Origin: Cenarchaeum sp.
Lineage (GTDB): Archaea > Thermoproteota > Nitrososphaeria > Nitrososphaerales > Nitrosopumilaceae
Length of the DNA: 64,000 nucleotides
Reading direction: 5' to 3'
NCBI GenBank assembly: GCA_963693095.2
Contig: OY843768.1
Span: 1,024,001-1,088,000, forward strand
The notes below the pieces were generated by a model that had not been told where the DNA came from, did not search any database, and was given only the letters and a program-made list of their open reading frames with translations. Shown here in pieces: positions 60,925 through 64,000 of this stretch. Made by a program: the position numbers and the translations under genes. Numbering within the stretch: the first letter of the stretch is position 1; each line of letters begins with the position of its first letter.

Positions 60925-61884
60925 CTAGAACCCCTTTGGAAGCGTTCCGTGAGTTGAGCTAGGTGCCGGTGCGGTGCGCTTTTGCGCATTTTCTCTCGCA
61001 AGGCGCTCGAGCTCTGCTCGCTCTGCCTGCTCCGTCTCTAGTCTCTTTAGATAGTCTTCCTCGTATGACTCGAGATTGCTCTGTGAGCTGCCACTCTGCT
61101 GTACTTGCTGCTGCTGTTGCTGCTGCTGCGGCGGGGGCGACATGCCCTTTGGCAGGCTACCGCGCGTCGATGACGGCGGTGGTGGTGGCGGTGGTGCGCT
61201 AGCCTGTGTGCCAGCACCCTCTACGCGCATGCCATAACCCGTAAAGCGCTTTTCGGGTGGATGGTATGCGAGTCTCTGCCTTGTCGCAAAGTACTGGTTT
61301 GAGGGCTGCGTGTATCCCGTGACATTCTTCTTTTGGAGGTTCCAGTCAGACGTTACGACCTTGCCCGTCGGTGCCGTGTTGCGCGCATAGTAGCGGCTCG
61401 GCGAGGGCGTGTATCCCGTTATCTTGGCGCGCATCTCGCCAAACGTGTCAGTTATCGGAAAGTTTCGGTATGACTCTTCGAGTGCTGCGGCCACAGTTGC
61501 CGGTGGTGCGCTAGTCTCGGCGCTAGCCGCCTGCGGTGGCGGTGCCATGCCTTTTGGCAGGCTTCCGCGCGTCGATGACGGCTGCGGTGCCGGCTTTGGC
61601 GGCGGTGCTGTCTGCTGCTGTTGCTGCTGCGATGGGGGCGACATGCCCTTTGGCAGGCTTCCGCGCGCCGCTGAGGGCTGCGGTGCCGGCTTTGGCGGCG
61701 GTGCTGTCTGCTGCTTTTGGGCAGTGCCCTTTGGCAGGCTTCCGCGCGTCGATGACGGCTCCGGTTTTGGTGGTGCCTGAGCCGAGAGCTTTGCGATCTG
61801 AGCCTCTAGGGTCCGAATCCTCTCCTCTAGATCCTTCTTGGTCGTTCTCGATGACTTTGCCTTCTTTGTCGTTGCCATTGCCAT
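60925..61884 (-). CDS. Pro/Gln-rich protein with repeated (S/T)RGSLPKG motif
   Basis: N-terminal coiled coil; five G(S/T)LPKG repeats. Confidence 0.75.
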   Translation of the reverse strand: MAMATTKKAKSSRTTKKDLEERIRTLEAQIAKLSAQAPPKPEPSSTRGSLPKGTAQKQQTAPPPKPAPQPSAARGSLPKGMSPPSQQQQQQTAPPPKPAPQPSSTRGSLPKGMAPPPQAASAETSAPPATVAAALEESYRNFPITDTFGEMRAKITGYTPSPSRYYARNTAPTGKVVTSDWNLQKKNVTGYTQPSNQYFATRQRLAYHPPEKRFTGYGMRVEGAGTQASAPPPPPPPSSTRGSLPKGMSPPPQQQQQQQQVQQSGSSQSNLESYEEDYLKRLETEQAERAELERLARENAQKRTAPAPSSTHGTLPKGF

Positions 61885-61956
61885 GGCGCCGGAGGGGGTG
61901 CTTATTTACATTTTGGTTGATCGCAGCGGATTTCACGCCTGAGGGCGCCCTGACCG

Positions 61957-62151
61957 CTAGTCAGGCTCCCAGAACTGCATCACATAGAGGCAGTTGTTGC
62001 AGCGCCAGACGCTCACGTGCGGGCCGTTGGCCGTGTCGGCCCCATACTCGCCGCCCTTGAGCCTCACGGCCGTGGGCAAAAAGTGCGTATTTGGGCTCTG
62101 GAGCCACTCGTTCTGGCCGCAGTTGGGGCAGCGCGTCCTTGGAGGCAACAC
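61957..62151 (-). CDS. 64-aa zinc-ribbon microprotein
   Basis: CPNCG...CNNC; GTG start inferred. Confidence 0.6.
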   Translation of the reverse strand: MLPPRTRCPNCGQNEWLQSPNTHFLPTAVRLKGGEYGADTANGPHVSVWRCNNCLYVMQFWEPD

Positions 62152-62235
62152 GGCGCGCCCGCGAGGCTCCCAAAATGTAGGTTTCGGGCAGGCCTGCCCA
62201 AAAGGGGTAATTAGGGCAGCGCGCTGGGTGCGCCA

Positions 62236-63189
62236 TTGGCGCAGGTGGACGCGCAGTCTGGTCTTGGCGAGCTCGTGGGCCGACTGCGCGGCGATGGCGG
62301 TGTGCGCGATGACGAGGTGGACGCGGGTGCGATCGCCGAGCTGCGCGCGCTGGGGTACGGGATTGCGCATGACGGCCCGTCATGGAGGATGACTCACAAT
62401 ACCGAGCGAATCCTCCCGTGGGAGCTTGCGCGCGGACTGCAGACAAGCGTGCTCGGCAGGCGCGCAGAGTACCATGACGAGATTGGCTCGACGCAGGATC
62501 GCGCAATCGAGGTGGCGCGCTCTGGTGGCGCGCGCGGCACAGTCGTCGTTGCGCGAACGCAACAGTCCGGAAGGGGACGTCGCGGAAGGAGGTGGGAGTC
62601 ACCGGCCGGAGGACTGTGGATGTCAGTTGTCATCGGAGAGTGCGCCGGTGACGCAAGCATTCTGCCGCTTGCCGCATCGCTCTCCCTAAGGGACGCGATT
62701 CTCGGCACGCTTGGCGAAAAAACCGGACTCGTGTGGCCAAACGACATTGTGGTTCTCAGGGACGGTGTTGCTCACAAGGTCGCCGGCATTGTCGTTGACG
62801 CAGATGCGCGCGGCGAGTCCATCGAGCATGCAGTCATCGGGGTCGGGATAAACATCGGCGTTGACGAGGATGCGCTAAACGCGTCGATTCATGGCGCGGC
62901 GCGAAGGGCAGCGTCGTTGCGTGGTGATGCCCATGCGCCAAGGAGGCTTGCGCAATCGTTTCTGCTAAACCTCGAGTCAGTGTGCGCAAGGCTCGGGCAT
63001 GATGCCGCAGGCATTGCAGCAGAGTGGTCAAGGGAGTCAGGCATGATGGGGCGAGCTGCCACTGTCAGGACCGAGTCTTGCGCGGTTTCCGGGACCGTTG
63101 TGCGGATTGAGCCTGACGGGGCGCTCGTCCTGCGCTGCGGCGGGCGCGAGGAGCGCTTTGTCGCCGGCGAGGTTGTTTGCGTCCGCTAG
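62236..63189 (+). CDS. birA: Biotin--protein ligase
   Basis: STQ, QQSGRGRRGR.W.SP, WPND, KVAGI, GVGIN. Confidence 0.92.
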   Translation: MAQVDAQSGLGELVGRLRGDGGVRDDEVDAGAIAELRALGYGIAHDGPSWRMTHNTERILPWELARGLQTSVLGRRAEYHDEIGSTQDRAIEVARSGGARGTVVVARTQQSGRGRRGRRWESPAGGLWMSVVIGECAGDASILPLAASLSLRDAILGTLGEKTGLVWPNDIVVLRDGVAHKVAGIVVDADARGESIEHAVIGVGINIGVDEDALNASIHGAARRAASLRGDAHAPRRLAQSFLLNLESVCARLGHDAAGIAAEWSRESGMMGRAATVRTESCAVSGTVVRIEPDGALVLRCGGREERFVAGEVVCVR

Positions 63190-63475
63190 TGGCCCGCGAG
63201 CGCACGCTCCTTCCAAGCATCTCAGACAGCTCGGACTGGACGTCGAGGACCGAGTCGATGATGCCCTCGAGGCCTGATGTGTACTCGGCATAGAGGTCGA
63301 TTATCCGCGACTTTTGGGCGCCGGATCGCGCGAGCGTGTCGTTTGCGCGAATCAGGTTTGCCGCATCGGTGAGCTCCGGGCTAGTCGGTGCCGGCTCGCC
63401 TATCTTGCCAAGGGCCGCCCTAGCCGCGTCTATCTGCTCGCGGAGGCTCGGTGAGCCCTGCGCGCGACCTGCCAT
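63065..63475 (-). CDS. Hypothetical coiled-coil protein
   Basis: Helical ORF with TTTAA box upstream; 3' end overlaps birA. Confidence 0.5.
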   Translation of the reverse strand: MAGRAQGSPSLREQIDAARAALGKIGEPAPTSPELTDAANLIRANDTLARSGAQKSRIIDLYAEYTSGLEGIIDSVLDVQSELSEMLGRSVRSRATSGRKQPRRRQSAPRARRSAGRAPRQAQSAQRSRKPRKTRS

Positions 63476-63581
63476 GGGGCAGCAAGGGGTGCCGGGGCGT
63501 TAAAGCCTTTGTGCGGCGCCACGCACTAGATCGTGCGCAATATGCACAGGATAAATAGATTGGATGCTTCCCCGCCGACTG

Positions 63582-64000
63582 ATGGCATGGAGACTAGTGG
63601 CCTGCGGCGCCGTGGCAGCGGTTCTAGCTGTTGCGCTAGCCGGAACGGCTGACGCGCAGGATGACGGTGCAATGAAGGAGGCCCGGAGCCTCTTTGCGCG
63701 CGGCGAGTATTCGGCGGCCATTGCGATATACGACGGCATTCTCGACGGGGCGCCAAGGGACGCAGATGTCCTGCGCCTAAAGGGAATAGCGCAGTCAAAC
63801 AGCGGCCTGCATCGCGAGTCGCTCATATCGTTCTATACCGTGCTCCAGGACAACCCTGCTGACACCGTTGCGCTAGCCGGAGCCGGCGTGGGGTTTGGCA
63901 ACCTAGGCGAGTACGCCGAGGCAAGGCTGTACTTTGCGAGAGCCCTTGAGGCAGAGCCAGAGAGCACGGTGTACCAAAACTATGCGACGTTTATCGATGG
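63582..64000 (+). CDS. Secreted TPR protein (3' end outside window)
   Basis: Read by hand: signal peptide MAWRLVACGAVAAVLAVALAG.ADA followed by TPRs. Confidence 0.8.
   Translation, partial: MAWRLVACGAVAAVLAVALAGTADAQDDGAMKEARSLFARGEYSAAIAIYDGILDGAPRDADVLRLKGIAQSNSGLHRESLISFYTVLQDNPADTVALAGAGVGFGNLGEYAEARLYFARALEAEPESTVYQNYATFID

Overview
GC-rich archaeal chromosome segment. Gene content and family signatures point to an ammonia-oxidising thaumarchaeon (Nitrosopumilaceae/Cenarchaeum-like; inferred). Most of the window is housekeeping: apgM, rps24e-rps27ae, sdhACDB, argH, hom, proteasome beta, trmI, argS, sulfite reductase-rhodanese, thiDN/thiC, aroC-chorismate mutase/aminotransferase-tyrA, prefoldin, XPF, Nob1, NAD kinase and birA. 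The main feature is an accessory island of about 18.5 kb (~13.2-31.75 kb). It carries a coupled operon resembling the Ssp single-strand DNA phosphorothioation module (PAPS-reductase sspD, cysteine desulfurase sspA, DUF4007 sspB, P-loop ATPase sspC). A divergent DUF262-DUF1524 (SspE/GmrSD-like) gene is broken by one in-frame TGA. A convergent, translationally coupled MORC/GHKL ATPase + SF2 helicase pair and a stand-alone PLD-family nuclease between IS903-like remnants are candidate uncharacterised effectors. The island ends in a tandem array of SocA/YwgA-like paralogues, hit by an intact IS481 whose 15-bp target duplication is a TATA box. A second accessory patch between thiDN and thiC holds a duplicated microprotein gene, a membrane protein and an intact ISH3. 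Other notable items are a protamine/H1-like TTRK-repeat protein, a collagen-like protein and several microproteins missed by the ORF track. No rRNA, tRNA or CRISPR array was recognised. All family calls come from reading motifs by eye, not from database searches.
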